Below are positions 8,249 through 17,165 of a stretch of 25,982 nucleotides of DNA, piece after piece. The notes below the pieces were generated by a model that saw only the letters and a list, made by a program, of their open reading frames with translations, had not been told where the DNA came from and made no database searches. Numbering within the stretch: the stretch's first letter is position 1; every line of letters begins with the position of its first letter. Both the position numbers and the translations under genes were made by a program. This DNA is from an uncultured Ruminococcus sp. GTDB taxonomy: Bacteria > Bacillota > Clostridia > Oscillospirales > Acutalibacteraceae. The DNA is taken from the NCBI GenBank assembly GCA_902766585.1, contig CACXDV010000148.1, positions 1 to 25,982 on the forward strand, given 5' to 3'.

Positions 8249-8956
8249 GTGCAGGAAAATTTCGTAGAATTCAATAATGTATATAAACGCTATAAAATGG
8301 GTGAAGTAACTATAAATGCTGCTAACGGCGTAAGCTTCTCTATAAATGAAGGTGAATTTGCCGTTGTTGTTGGACTGAGCGGCGCCGGAAAAACTACCGT
8401 TCTGAATATTCTCGGAGGTATTGACAGCTGTGACGAGGGAAAAATCATCGTCGGCGGAAAGGATATCAGCCACCTTAACAGCAAGGAGCTTGCTTCCTAC
8501 AGAAGATATGATATCGGTTTTGTTTTTCAGTTCTATAACCTTATACCCAACCTTACCGCAAAAGAAAATGTAGAGCTTGCAACTCAGATTTGCAGGGATC
8601 ATATGGATGCCTCAGCTGCCCTCGATTCGGTGGGACTTCACGACAGAAAAAACAATTTCCCCGCTCAGCTTTCCGGCGGTGAACAGCAGCGTGTTTCAAT
8701 TGCCCGCGCTCTTGCCAAAAAGCCAAAGCTCCTTCTTTGTGATGAGCCGACCGGTGCTCTCGATTACAGTACCGGTAAGAATATACTTAAACTCCTACAG
8801 ACAAAATGCAAGGAGGACGGTATGACAGTTGTACTTATCACCCATAACTCTGCTATCACTCCTATGGCTGACCGCGTTATCAGCATGAGAAGCGGTAAGG
8901 TCATCAGTAATGTAGTAAATGAAGCTCCTATCCCTATTGAAAAAATAGAATGGTAA
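8249..8956 (+). CDS. ABC transporter ATP-binding protein (LolD/MacB-like)
   Basis: Walker [36 protein letters not shown]-loop ITHN; GTG start with GAGG RBS. Confidence 0.95.
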   Translation: MQENFVEFNNVYKRYKMGEVTINAANGVSFSINEGEFAVVVGLSGAGKTTVLNILGGIDSCDEGKIIVGGKDISHLNSKELASYRRYDIGFVFQFYNLIPNLTAKENVELATQICRDHMDASAALDSVGLHDRKNNFPAQLSGGEQQRVSIARALAKKPKLLLCDEPTGALDYSTGKNILKLLQTKCKEDGMTVVLITHNSAITPMADRVISMRSGKVISNVVNEAPIPIEKIEW

Positions 8957-8980
8957 CTCTTCATACAGGACAGGTGTTAT

Positions 8981-11900
8981 ATGAAAGCTCTTACTAAAAA
9001 TATTTTCAGAGAAATTAAACATTCCAAATCAAGATTTCTTTCCATATTTGCCATTATCGCACTCAGTACCGGATTTTTCTCGGGAATAAAGTCCTCAAGT
9101 CCAAGTATGATAACGACCAGCTATGATTATCTGCAAAAAAATAATCTCATGGATATCCGTATCGTTTCAACTGCCGGCTTTGATGATGATGATATCAGGG
9201 CTATTAAAAATATGGATGAAACCGTTGATATTTTAGCCGGATACTGCTCGGACTTAATTGTAACAGATAATAATATCGACTCTGTTGTAAGGGTATATTC
9301 CTTACCGGAAAAAACTGATACTGCTGACAAATTGATAAATGAAACTATTCTGGTTGAAGGCAGATATCCCTCCGCTGACGGCGAATGTGTAATTGACAGC
9401 TATTATTTCCGTTCTAAGGGAATGAAGCTGGGGCATAAGATCAGGTTTAACGAACAAACCGATAATATAAAAACAAAGGAATTTATTAAACAGCTTGAGT
9501 ATAAGGTCGTCGGTGTAATTGATACTCCGCTTTATCTTACTTATCAAAGAGGCAATACTACTGTAGGAGACGGTAAAATTTCTTTCTATATCATGCTTCA
9601 GCCCGATCAGTTCATCACTGAACGTTATACAAATGCTTATGTCACTACAAAGGCTTCGGAATTATACTACGATTCTTTTTCGGATGAATACAAAAACGAG
9701 ATCAAAAAAGAAAAAGATGATTTTCAGAAGCTGTCTGACGAAAGAATAGATGTCTTTCGCAATACTACTCTTGCTGATGCGAAAAAAGAGCTTTCCGATG
9801 CGGAAGCGGAATTCAATGAAAAAAAGAAGGAAGCAGAGGATACAATTTCCGACGGTGAAAAGGAGCTTTATGACGGTCAACAGGAAATGGCTGATAAGCT
9901 TAGTGAAGGCATAAAAAAGCTTAATGACGGCGAAAAGGAACTGGCAGACGGAAAAGAACAGCTTGAAGAAGGCAAAAAGAAATACAATGACGGTATTGAA
10001 GAAGGAAAGGCTAAACTCACGGAAGGTCAGGCAAAATATGACGAAGGTCTGGCTCAGTACAACAAGGGCAAGCTTCAATTCGATACCGAAATATCAAAGG
10101 CTCAGTCTCAGCTTGATAAGGCTCAAGGAGAATTTGATACACAGTATAAGCTGTTCTATGAAACAACTAAGCCTCAGGCAGAAACCAAACTGAATCTGCT
10201 CAGAAGCGCTATTGAGCTGTGCAATAGTATCATTGAAGAAACAGAACGGAAAATAAATGACTTTGAGCTCATAACAGGCTCAGACACTGAACTTACCGCA
10301 CTATATGATAAGCTTGATGAATATAAAAGCAAGGTCAATGAATATGCAAAGCAATATGACAGCGGTATGGATCAGCTTGAAGAGGGCGAAAAAAAGCTTA
10401 ATGACGCAAAGGCTCAGCTTGAAGAAGCAAACAAAGCCTTTGAACAAAAAAAAGCAGAAGGTATGGCACAGCTCAATGATGCTAAAATTCAGCTCGATTC
10501 CGCAAAATCTCAGCTTGAAACAGGTAAGCTTGAATATGATACTGCCCTTGTTCAGGGTATGCTTGAACTTCAGCAGGCTGAAAATAAACTGACTGAGGGC
10601 GAAAAGGAACTCGAAAAGGGTAAAGAAGAGCTTCTTACCGAAAAAGCCTCCGCTATGCTTAAAATGAAGTCGGCAAGAGAAAAGCTCGCCGCTGGTAAAG
10701 CTGAGGCAAGAACTCAGCTTGCGGATGCAGAAGCAAAGCTTGCTGATGCAAGAGAAAATATTTCAAATCTTGATGATGCAAGATGGATAATCTTTGACCG
10801 TACAGATAATACAGGTTTTTCGGGATTGATAGAGGATGCTCTCCGCGTTGATAAGGTTGCAGCAGTATTGCCTGTTTTCTTCCTTCTTATTGCGGCTCTC
10901 GTATGTCTGACAACAATGACACGAATGGTCGAAGAACGGCGTACTGAGATAGGTACCCTTAAGGCTCTCGGCTACAGCAATTTCAAGATAATTTCCAAGT
11001 ATCTGATCTATTCTGCCCTTGCCTCCGTCTCGGGAAGTATTGCCGGAGCTGTGATAGGTATTTCATCACTCCCCTTTATTATCGTAGATACATATTCTAT
11101 GCTCTATACCCTTCCGCCGACTATCCTTTCTATTGACTACCAAAGCTTTATCTTCTCGGCGGCAACAGGAATACTTTGTACCTGCGTTGTTTCTGTTATC
11201 ACCTGTATGGGTGAGCTTAAACAGAATCCGGCTTCTCTTATGCGTCCGAAGGCTCCAAAGCCAGGTAAACGTATCCTTCTTGAATATATTACCCCTCTTT
11301 GGGCTGTTTTCAACTTTATTACAAAGGTGACCTTCAGAAATCTTTTCAGATATAAGTCAAGGCTTCTTATGACCGTTATCGGTATAGCAGGATGTACTGC
11401 CCTTATTATCGGAGGATTGGGACTTAAGGATTCGTTAAGCGTGATAGCACCTCTGCAATATGATGAATTAACTGTCTATGATGAGATCTATTCTCTTAAA
11501 AGCGGAGGTACAGTTCAGGAAAAAGCTTATTTGATGTCTAAGTTCCATGCAGATAAACGCTTCGCTGAAACTGCGCTGGTTGACCAGAATAACATTTCTA
11601 TACAGAATACTCAGAACGAAAAAAAATTCAACTATTATTATATCGTCGCTTCTGATATAAATGATTTTGAAAAGTTTTTCCACCTCCGTGACCGGGTAAC
11701 ACATGAGAAAAAAACTCTGACCGATAATGGTATTATTATTTCCGAACGCATTTCTCAGCTTATCGGTGCCGGTAAAGGCGAAAAAGCCATTATCAATATA
11801 GACGATACTCCTTATACTGTCGATATAACTGATATTGCAGAAAACTACGCCGGAAACTATATCTGCATGACTCCGGCATACTATGAAAAAATAACCGGCA

Positions 11901-12457
11901 AAACAAATAAATATCATATCGTCTATACTCAGCTGACTGAAGACGGCAAACAAAATGAAAAGGCTATTGCAGATGAATGGATGGAAGATGATGATATCCT
12001 TACAGTTTTTCTTCTTAAAGAACAGCTCGAAGGAATCATTTCAACACTTGATTCACTTAATATTATTGTATTTGTTGTCGTTCTCTGCGCTGCGATGCTG
12101 GCAATGGTCGTTCTGTATAACCTTACAAACATCAATATTTCTGAAAGAATACGCGAAATCGCTACAATAAAGGTTCTCGGCTTCTATGACCTCGAAACAG
12201 CAAGCTATATCTACAGGGAAAATATTTTCCTTACAGTTGCAGGAGCATTGGCAGGCTTACCGCTCGGCACCCTGTTTATCAGCTTTATTATTGATGCTCT
12301 TCAGATGGAAATTATTATGTTCCCGAAGTATGTCACCATTATGAGCTATCTCATCGGCTTTGCACTGACCGTTGTTTTCTCACTGTTTGTAAACTTCATC
12401 ATGTTCTTCCGAATGAAAAAGGTCAGCATGGTCGAATCACTAAAATCAATAGAATAA
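8981..12457 (+). CDS. FtsX/MacB-like ABC permease, internally duplicated, with long extracellular coiled-coil insertion
   Basis: N-terminal TM (RFLSIFAIIALSTGFFSG); EERRTEIGTLKALGYS and ERIREIATIKVLGFY FtsX motifs in two halves; C-terminal MVESLKSIE. Confidence 0.92.
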   Translation: MKALTKNIFREIKHSKSRFLSIFAIIALSTGFFSGIKSSSPSMITTSYDYLQKNNLMDIRIVSTAGFDDDDIRAIKNMDETVDILAGYCSDLIVTDNNIDSVVRVYSLPEKTDTADKLINETILVEGRYPSADGECVIDSYYFRSKGMKLGHKIRFNEQTDNIKTKEFIKQLEYKVVGVIDTPLYLTYQRGNTTVGDGKISFYIMLQPDQFITERYTNAYVTTKASELYYDSFSDEYKNEIKKEKDDFQKLSDERIDVFRNTTLADAKKELSDAEAEFNEKKKEAEDTISDGEKELYDGQQEMADKLSEGIKKLNDGEKELADGKEQLEEGKKKYNDGIEEGKAKLTEGQAKYDEGLAQYNKGKLQFDTEISKAQSQLDKAQGEFDTQYKLFYETTKPQAETKLNLLRSAIELCNSIIEETERKINDFELITGSDTELTALYDKLDEYKSKVNEYAKQYDSGMDQLEEGEKKLNDAKAQLEEANKAFEQKKAEGMAQLNDAKIQLDSAKSQLETGKLEYDTALVQGMLELQQAENKLTEGEKELEKGKEELLTEKASAMLKMKSAREKLAAGKAEARTQLADAEAKLADARENISNLDDARWIIFDRTDNTGFSGLIEDALRVDKVAAVLPVFFLLIAALVCLTTMTRMVEERRTEIGTLKALGYSNFKIISKYLIYSALASVSGSIAGAVIGISSLPFIIVDTYSMLYTLPPTILSIDYQSFIFSAATGILCTCVVSVITCMGELKQNPASLMRPKAPKPGKRILLEYITPLWAVFNFITKVTFRNLFRYKSRLLMTVIGIAGCTALIIGGLGLKDSLSVIAPLQYDELTVYDEIYSLKSGGTVQEKAYLMSKFHADKRFAETALVDQNNISIQNTQNEKKFNYYYIVASDINDFEKFFHLRDRVTHEKKTLTDNGIIISERISQLIGAGKGEKAIINIDDTPYTVDITDIAENYAGNYICMTPAYYEKITGKTNKYHIVYTQLTEDGKQNEKAIADEWMEDDDILTVFLLKEQLEGIISTLDSLNIIVFVVVLCAAMLAMVVLYNLTNINISERIREIATIKVLGFYDLETASYIYRENIFLTVAGALAGLPLGTLFISFIIDALQMEIIMFPKYVTIMSYLIGFALTVVFSLFVNFIMFFRMKKVSMVESLKSIE
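9770..10770 (+). repeat. Protein-level heptad repeats (xxxLxxG/A type) forming a coiled-coil stalk
   Basis: KKLNDGEKELADGKEQLEEGKKKYNDG, KAKLTEGQAKYDEG, QLEEGEKKLNDAKAQLEEA, NKLTEGEKELEKG, TQLADAEAKLADA; about 330 aa. Confidence 0.85.
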
Positions 12458-12503
12458 AAAAACGCATCGGCTGTCCTAAAAAACAGTCGATGCGATATTT
12501 TTT
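12456..12503. terminator. Bidirectional intrinsic terminator between convergent permease and ddh
   Basis: CGCATCGGCTGT (12463-74) / ACAGTCGATGCG (12483-94), flanked by A7 on the left and a T-rich tract on the right. Confidence 0.9.
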
Positions 12504-12507
12504 CCTA

Positions 12508-13494
12508 TCAGAGACAGTGTGCGCGAAGCTCCTCGCCAGACATTGTGCTGAGGTATGCCGGCGGAACATCAAGTACGGTCTTTGCTCCTCTTATTCCCTC
12601 ATCATACATACGCTTTGCTGCCCTTGCATATGCAATAAGCACGCTTGTAGTAAACTCGGGGTTTGAATCAAGAGTAAGTCTGTATTCAATAATATGCTTA
12701 TTCTCCTTATTCACTCCTGTGCAGCCGCTGCGGAATACAAAACCGCCGTGTGCCATCCCTGCATGATTTGTAAGAAGCTCTTCCTCGGAAATGAAGTGTA
12801 CAGTTGTATCATAATCAGCAAAGTAGTTGGGCATCTCCTTGATTTCCTTCTCTACTGCTGCTGCATCTGCACCCTCCTCAAGAACTACATAACATTCTCT
12901 CAGGTGCTTCTGACGTGTGGTAAGCTCAGGATTTTCACCGTTTCTGACTGAATCAAGAGCAGCCTGTACGGGTACGGTGTACTGCTTAGCATTCTTTACA
13001 CCCTTTACTCTGCGTATTGCATCTGAATGTCCCTGGCTTACACCCTTGCCCCAGAAGGTGTAGTCATTTCCGTCCGGAAGTATTGCGCTTCCGTATACAC
13101 GATTGAGAGAGAACAGACCGGGATCCCAGCCAACTGAGATCATTGCTACCTTTCCGCCCTCTTTTGCGGCAGCGTCAACATTTGCAAAATGCTCAGGTAT
13201 TCTTGCATGAGTATCAAAGCTGTCAATTACATTGAAAAGCTTTGCATATTTCGGTGTCTGTACGGGAAGATCAGTTGCACTACCTCCGCAGAGAACAAGT
13301 ACATCTATCTTATCTGCCCATGCCTCTATTTCATTAACGCTTACAACAGGCACTCCCTCTGTAAGTATTTTAACGCTTTCGGGTGATCTTCTTGTAAATA
13401 CCGCTGCAAGCTCCATATCCGGCGCAGCCTTAACAGCTATTTCCGTTCCTCTTCCAAGATTGCCGTAGCCGAGTATTCCGATTCTTGTTTTCAT
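12508..13494 (-). CDS. ddh: meso-diaminopimelate D-dehydrogenase
   Basis: GILGYGNLGRG, LCGGSATDLP, DSFDTHARIPEH, VGWDPGLFSLNR, TFWGKGVSQGHSDAIRR, SNPEFTTSVL. Confidence 0.97.
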   Translation of the reverse strand: MKTRIGILGYGNLGRGTEIAVKAAPDMELAAVFTRRSPESVKILTEGVPVVSVNEIEAWADKIDVLVLCGGSATDLPVQTPKYAKLFNVIDSFDTHARIPEHFANVDAAAKEGGKVAMISVGWDPGLFSLNRVYGSAILPDGNDYTFWGKGVSQGHSDAIRRVKGVKNAKQYTVPVQAALDSVRNGENPELTTRQKHLRECYVVLEEGADAAAVEKEIKEMPNYFADYDTTVHFISEEELLTNHAGMAHGGFVFRSGCTGVNKENKHIIEYRLTLDSNPEFTTSVLIAYARAAKRMYDEGIRGAKTVLDVPPAYLSTMSGEELRAHCL

Positions 13495-13555
13495 TTTGAA
13501 TTACTCCTTGTATTGAATTCGTTATCTGCGGTCAGAATGCCGCTGACACATACTA

Positions 13556-13584
13556 ATTATATTATTATTCTCCTTATTCGTCAA
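13556..13584 (-). promoter_or_regulatory. Near-consensus sigmaA promoter for ddh, -35 inside the last codons of the HAD gene
   Basis: TTGACG (13584-13579), 17 bp, TATAAT (13561-13556). Confidence 0.75.
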
Positions 13585-14224
13585 GAAGTTCATAATAGCT
13601 TTTTATAAATTTATCTGCGGCTGACTTTATTCTATCAAGATATTTGTGATTCATGCTATCATATACCGCAACCGTTGACATACCTGCTCCCGCTGCGCTT
13701 TCTATGCCCTCTATGATATCCTCATATACGGTACAGTTTTCAGGTCTGACTCCGAGTTTTTCCGCTGTATAAAGATATATAGCCGGATTGCTCTTATTAA
13801 AGCCTACCTCGGAAGTATAACAGATACAGTCAAAAATTCCTTCAAGTCCGTTATTCGCAAGACACGGCATCAGAAGATACGGATTATTGGAGGTAGCCAT
13901 TCCGAGAAGATATCCGCGGTTTTTGAGCTGTCTGAGGTATTCAGCTGCTCCCGGCTTAAATCGTACATTATTTGCATATTCATCATGCGCCATATCAAGC
14001 CATACCTGCATTATCTCCTCAACACTTTCATTCAGTCCGTATGTATTTTTTGTATATGCCGCTGCTGTTTCAAAAAACATACCGCGCATTTTATCTGTAT
14101 ATTCCTCTGTGACAGGTATATTTCTCTCTGTAAGAAAATCCTTGTCTACCTTCGACCATACATACATTGATTCTGCAAGCGTTCCGTCAAAATCAAAAAT
14201 TGCAGCCTTCCTATCACTTATCAT
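13574..14224 (-). CDS. HAD-superfamily IA phosphatase (beta-PGM / phosphoglycolate-phosphatase-like)
   Basis: Motif I FDFDGTL, motif II ATSN, motif III K(SNP), motif IV YEDIIEGIESA; GGAGG RBS. Confidence 0.9.
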   Translation of the reverse strand: MISDRKAAIFDFDGTLAESMYVWSKVDKDFLTERNIPVTEEYTDKMRGMFFETAAAYTKNTYGLNESVEEIMQVWLDMAHDEYANNVRFKPGAAEYLRQLKNRGYLLGMATSNNPYLLMPCLANNGLEGIFDCICYTSEVGFNKSNPAIYLYTAEKLGVRPENCTVYEDIIEGIESAAGAGMSTVAVYDSMNHKYLDRIKSAADKFIKSYYELLDE

Positions 14225-14242
14225 TTTCTGTCCTCCGGATCT

Positions 14243-15274
14243 TTATTTCAGATATCCGCCAACTACTTTCTTATAATCATTATAATCCATATCCCACAGA
14301 TCAGAAAGCGTATCGCTTCCCCTTCTGTCAGGGATATCATAATTTTTCTTAATGCGCTCCCCTACAAAAAGTGAAACCTTTCTTGCTCCTCTTGTATTCA
14401 GATGAACCCCGCCGTCACGGGTATCCTTTGTCCAATCAAGACCGACAGAGGCTTCTTCCTTTTGTAAATCAAGAAGAGGCACCTTGATTTGCTCCGCATA
14501 TTTATTCAAAGCCTGATAGTTTTTCTTGCTGCCTGTCAATGTATTGGGAACGGAAACAAGTATCAGACTGATACCGTTTTCTTCGCATATGCTTTTGATC
14601 CTGTTTACATAGTATTTTGTAATCGGATTTATCCTGCCATTAAGATAATCCTCCCCTGCTCCGTCCGGCAAATCAAGCTTTTCGCTTTCATAAGGCTCTG
14701 AAACAGATATTATCATCTGTCCCTTGGAGGGCGATTTCCATGAATATTCGATCGGTGAAAACCACTGCTTTGGTCCGGTATACTTCCATCTGTTGTGGTA
14801 ACGTATAATCGGAATTCCTGTTTCGACCTCATCTTGAAAATTCTTATCAAAAAGCTTTTTCGTAGTGTATGGAGCAAATACCACATCAGTCTCAAGCACT
14901 ACTACCTTCGGCTTCTGTGTCTTAAGAAATTCCGTAAGGTTATACTCTATCTCTGCCATGCTCGATGCGCCCTTAGCACAGACAAAGGATGTCATGCCAT
15001 ACTCATGCCAAAGCTCCAACGGCGAAAAGGCTGAATAGGCTTCGCTGTTTCCCATAAACACTACATCAAGAGTATTCTCCGGCTCGGCATAAAAAGCATG
15101 GGCATTCTGGTCGTACATTCCATTATCCTGATCGTTGTATTTAGGATAATACATACACTGTAACATATAAAGCAATATACCGAGGATCAGGAAAAATCCG
15201 AGTATTCTGACTCCCTTTAAAGCATATGTCAGAATACCCTTATTATTTTTTTCTTTATTTTCCTTCTTTTCCAT
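14243..15274 (-). CDS. Membrane-anchored SGNH-family protein (DltD/AlgJ/PatB-like extracytoplasmic acyltransferase)
   Basis: Basic N-terminus plus one TM; block I VFMGNSEAY (Ser nucleophile); block V RDGGVHLNTRGA. Confidence 0.82.
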   Translation of the reverse strand: MEKKENKEKNNKGILTYALKGVRILGFFLILGILLYMLQCMYYPKYNDQDNGMYDQNAHAFYAEPENTLDVVFMGNSEAYSAFSPLELWHEYGMTSFVCAKGASSMAEIEYNLTEFLKTQKPKVVVLETDVVFAPYTTKKLFDKNFQDEVETGIPIIRYHNRWKYTGPKQWFSPIEYSWKSPSKGQMIISVSEPYESEKLDLPDGAGEDYLNGRINPITKYYVNRIKSICEENGISLILVSVPNTLTGSKKNYQALNKYAEQIKVPLLDLQKEEASVGLDWTKDTRDGGVHLNTRGARKVSLFVGERIKKNYDIPDRRGSDTLSDLWDMDYNDYKKVVGGYLK

Positions 15275-15282
15275 TTTATCAC

Positions 15283-16872
15283 CTAAAACTGTGCGTAAAT
15301 ATTATCGACTTCACCGTAATCGGCACCATATGCGCCAAGAATGATAACCGCTATGATAAGCGCCATAAGTACCGGCCATTTTATATATATCCTCCCTGTT
15401 GAAACAGCGCCGAGGACATCCTTTTTGCCTTCCTTAAGTATACCAACGATCAGGAGAGTGAGTATTCCCAAGCCTATGATTATAAAATCCTGCCAGTCGG
15501 TACCAAGCGCAAAGAGCTGACCGTTTACTATATCATTGAGATCCTGAAATGCAAATATCTTACCGATTATTGCTCCGAAATCAGTGACGGAATCCACTCT
15601 GAACAATGCCATGCCAAAGCATACAAGAATTATTGTCCTGAATACGCGAAGACCTTCGGCAATGCCTGATTTACGATCAAGCTTAAGCTTATCCGAAAGC
15701 TTTATCCACAGAGGCTCTGTAACCATTCCTATCAGCATTATCAGGAAATAATATAATCCGTATACAACATACTTTATATCCGCGCCATGCCACAGACCTG
15801 TGCCAAGCCATACTACCAAAAGCGCGCTGGCTGTCGGAACAATTGAAGCCCAGAATTTTGTCATGCTCTTTGTACAAATCTTAGTCAATGCTCCGAATGG
15901 CTTTGAAAGCGATACAGGATAGAATACATAATCCTTGAACCATGTTCCCAGACTGATATGCCATCTTCTCCAGAATTCACTAACCGTCTTTGAGAAGAAT
16001 GGCTGGCGGAAGTTTTCGGACAGCTCCACGCCAAATAAACGCGCTGTTCCTGACATTATATCTATACAGCCGGAAAAATCGGTATAAAGCTGTACGGTAT
16101 ACAGTATAACAGCAACCGCTATCAGCGTTCCGCTGTATCTCGGATAATCATTGAAAACAGTAGATGCCATATATGATGCGCGGTCGGAAATTACTGTTTT
16201 CTTGAATAGTCCCCAGAGTATGAGTACGGCAGCTTTTGTAAAGCGTTCGCTGCTGTAACCCTTGCCCGCCGTCAGCTGAGGCATGAGATGGTCATAGCGC
16301 CCGATTGGGCCCTCAGTCATCTGCGGAAAAAAGCTCAGAAACAATGCCAGCTTCGCAAAATTCTTCTCTGCCTTGTATTTTCCTCTGTATGTGTCAACAA
16401 TATAACCTATCGACTGTAATGTGTAATATGATATGCCCAGCGGAAGAGCAAATGATAACGGTTTGACTTCCGCTGAAAAACCGAATGGTCTCATAAACGC
16501 TGCAAGCATATATGTAAAAAAGCCGGTATATTTCAGCACAAGCAGCATACCGAGATTTACAAGAACAGCGGATAGTACGACCATCTTTTTCTGCTTTGTA
16601 TAATATGCCTTCAGCTTCTTTTTTTCATCCTTCGGAAGCTCTTTTTTTTCAGTATTGAATCTCTCCTGAAGTGATGTCAATACCTTTCCTGTAAAAAATG
16701 TGCAAACTGCCGCAGCAAACAAAAATACCGCAAGCTGCAGATTTTCAAACAGATAAAATGCGGTGCCGGACAGAAGCAGTACAGTCCATCTTGCTTTCTT
16801 CGGAAATATGAGATATACAACATACGTTGCCAGAGCAAAACACAAGAAATAAAGATAACTGTAAAAATTCAA
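15283..16872 (-). CDS. MBOAT family O-acyltransferase (DltB/AlgI/PatA-like) with C-terminal NIYAQF motif
   Basis: LPLGISYYTLQSIGY, FFPQMTEGPI, ENFRQPFFSKTVSEFWRRWHISLGTWFKDYVFYP, catalytic GLWHGA; TTG start with GGAGGAG RBS overlapping the carrier gene stop. Confidence 0.93.
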   Translation of the reverse strand: MNFYSYLYFLCFALATYVVYLIFPKKARWTVLLLSGTAFYLFENLQLAVFLFAAAVCTFFTGKVLTSLQERFNTEKKELPKDEKKKLKAYYTKQKKMVVLSAVLVNLGMLLVLKYTGFFTYMLAAFMRPFGFSAEVKPLSFALPLGISYYTLQSIGYIVDTYRGKYKAEKNFAKLALFLSFFPQMTEGPIGRYDHLMPQLTAGKGYSSERFTKAAVLILWGLFKKTVISDRASYMASTVFNDYPRYSGTLIAVAVILYTVQLYTDFSGCIDIMSGTARLFGVELSENFRQPFFSKTVSEFWRRWHISLGTWFKDYVFYPVSLSKPFGALTKICTKSMTKFWASIVPTASALLVVWLGTGLWHGADIKYVVYGLYYFLIMLIGMVTEPLWIKLSDKLKLDRKSGIAEGLRVFRTIILVCFGMALFRVDSVTDFGAIIGKIFAFQDLNDIVNGQLFALGTDWQDFIIIGLGILTLLIVGILKEGKKDVLGAVSTGRIYIKWPVLMALIIAVIILGAYGADYGEVDNIYAQF

Positions 16873-16886
16873 GCAAAAACTCCTCC

Positions 16887-17111
16887 TTAGTCGCTGAGTC
16901 TTTCTATAAGCTCATAGATTGCTTTTGCAGAATTGAAGTTCTCGGGAACAAGATCAAGCGGAGTTATCTCAATATCATATTCATCCGAAATTGCAGTAAC
17001 AAGACGTATAATTGTCATAGAATCAAGTATTCCTGAATCTACAAGCTCAGTCTCATTTTCAAAATCAACACCGGGTTTTACCTCTTCAAGAATTTCTAAA
17101 AGCTTTTCCAT
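16887..17111 (-). CDS. Acyl/aminoacyl carrier protein (DltC-like)
   Basis: 74 aa, acidic; LVDSGILDSMTII phosphopantetheine Ser motif; ITPLDLVPENFNS. Confidence 0.92.
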   Translation of the reverse strand: MEKLLEILEEVKPGVDFENETELVDSGILDSMTIIRLVTAISDEYDIEITPLDLVPENFNSAKAIYELIERLSD

Positions 17112-17165
17112 TTTAATTTCTCCTTTGTATTTTTATTTTCAAAAGCCTATCGGCTTTATCAGCAT

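Noticed and set aside
9770-10770. DNA tandem repeat, CRISPR array or phage tape-measure gene
   Set aside because: Repetition is only at the amino-acid heptad level, inside a continuous permease ORF with no phage context.
13495-13573. Lysine riboswitch upstream of ddh
   Set aside because: Leader far too short and lacks the multi-helix structure.
17112-17165. Hidden dltX-like microprotein between A enzyme and carrier
   Set aside because: Only 54 nt, no TM-coding ORF; the shuttle motif is already on the MBOAT.
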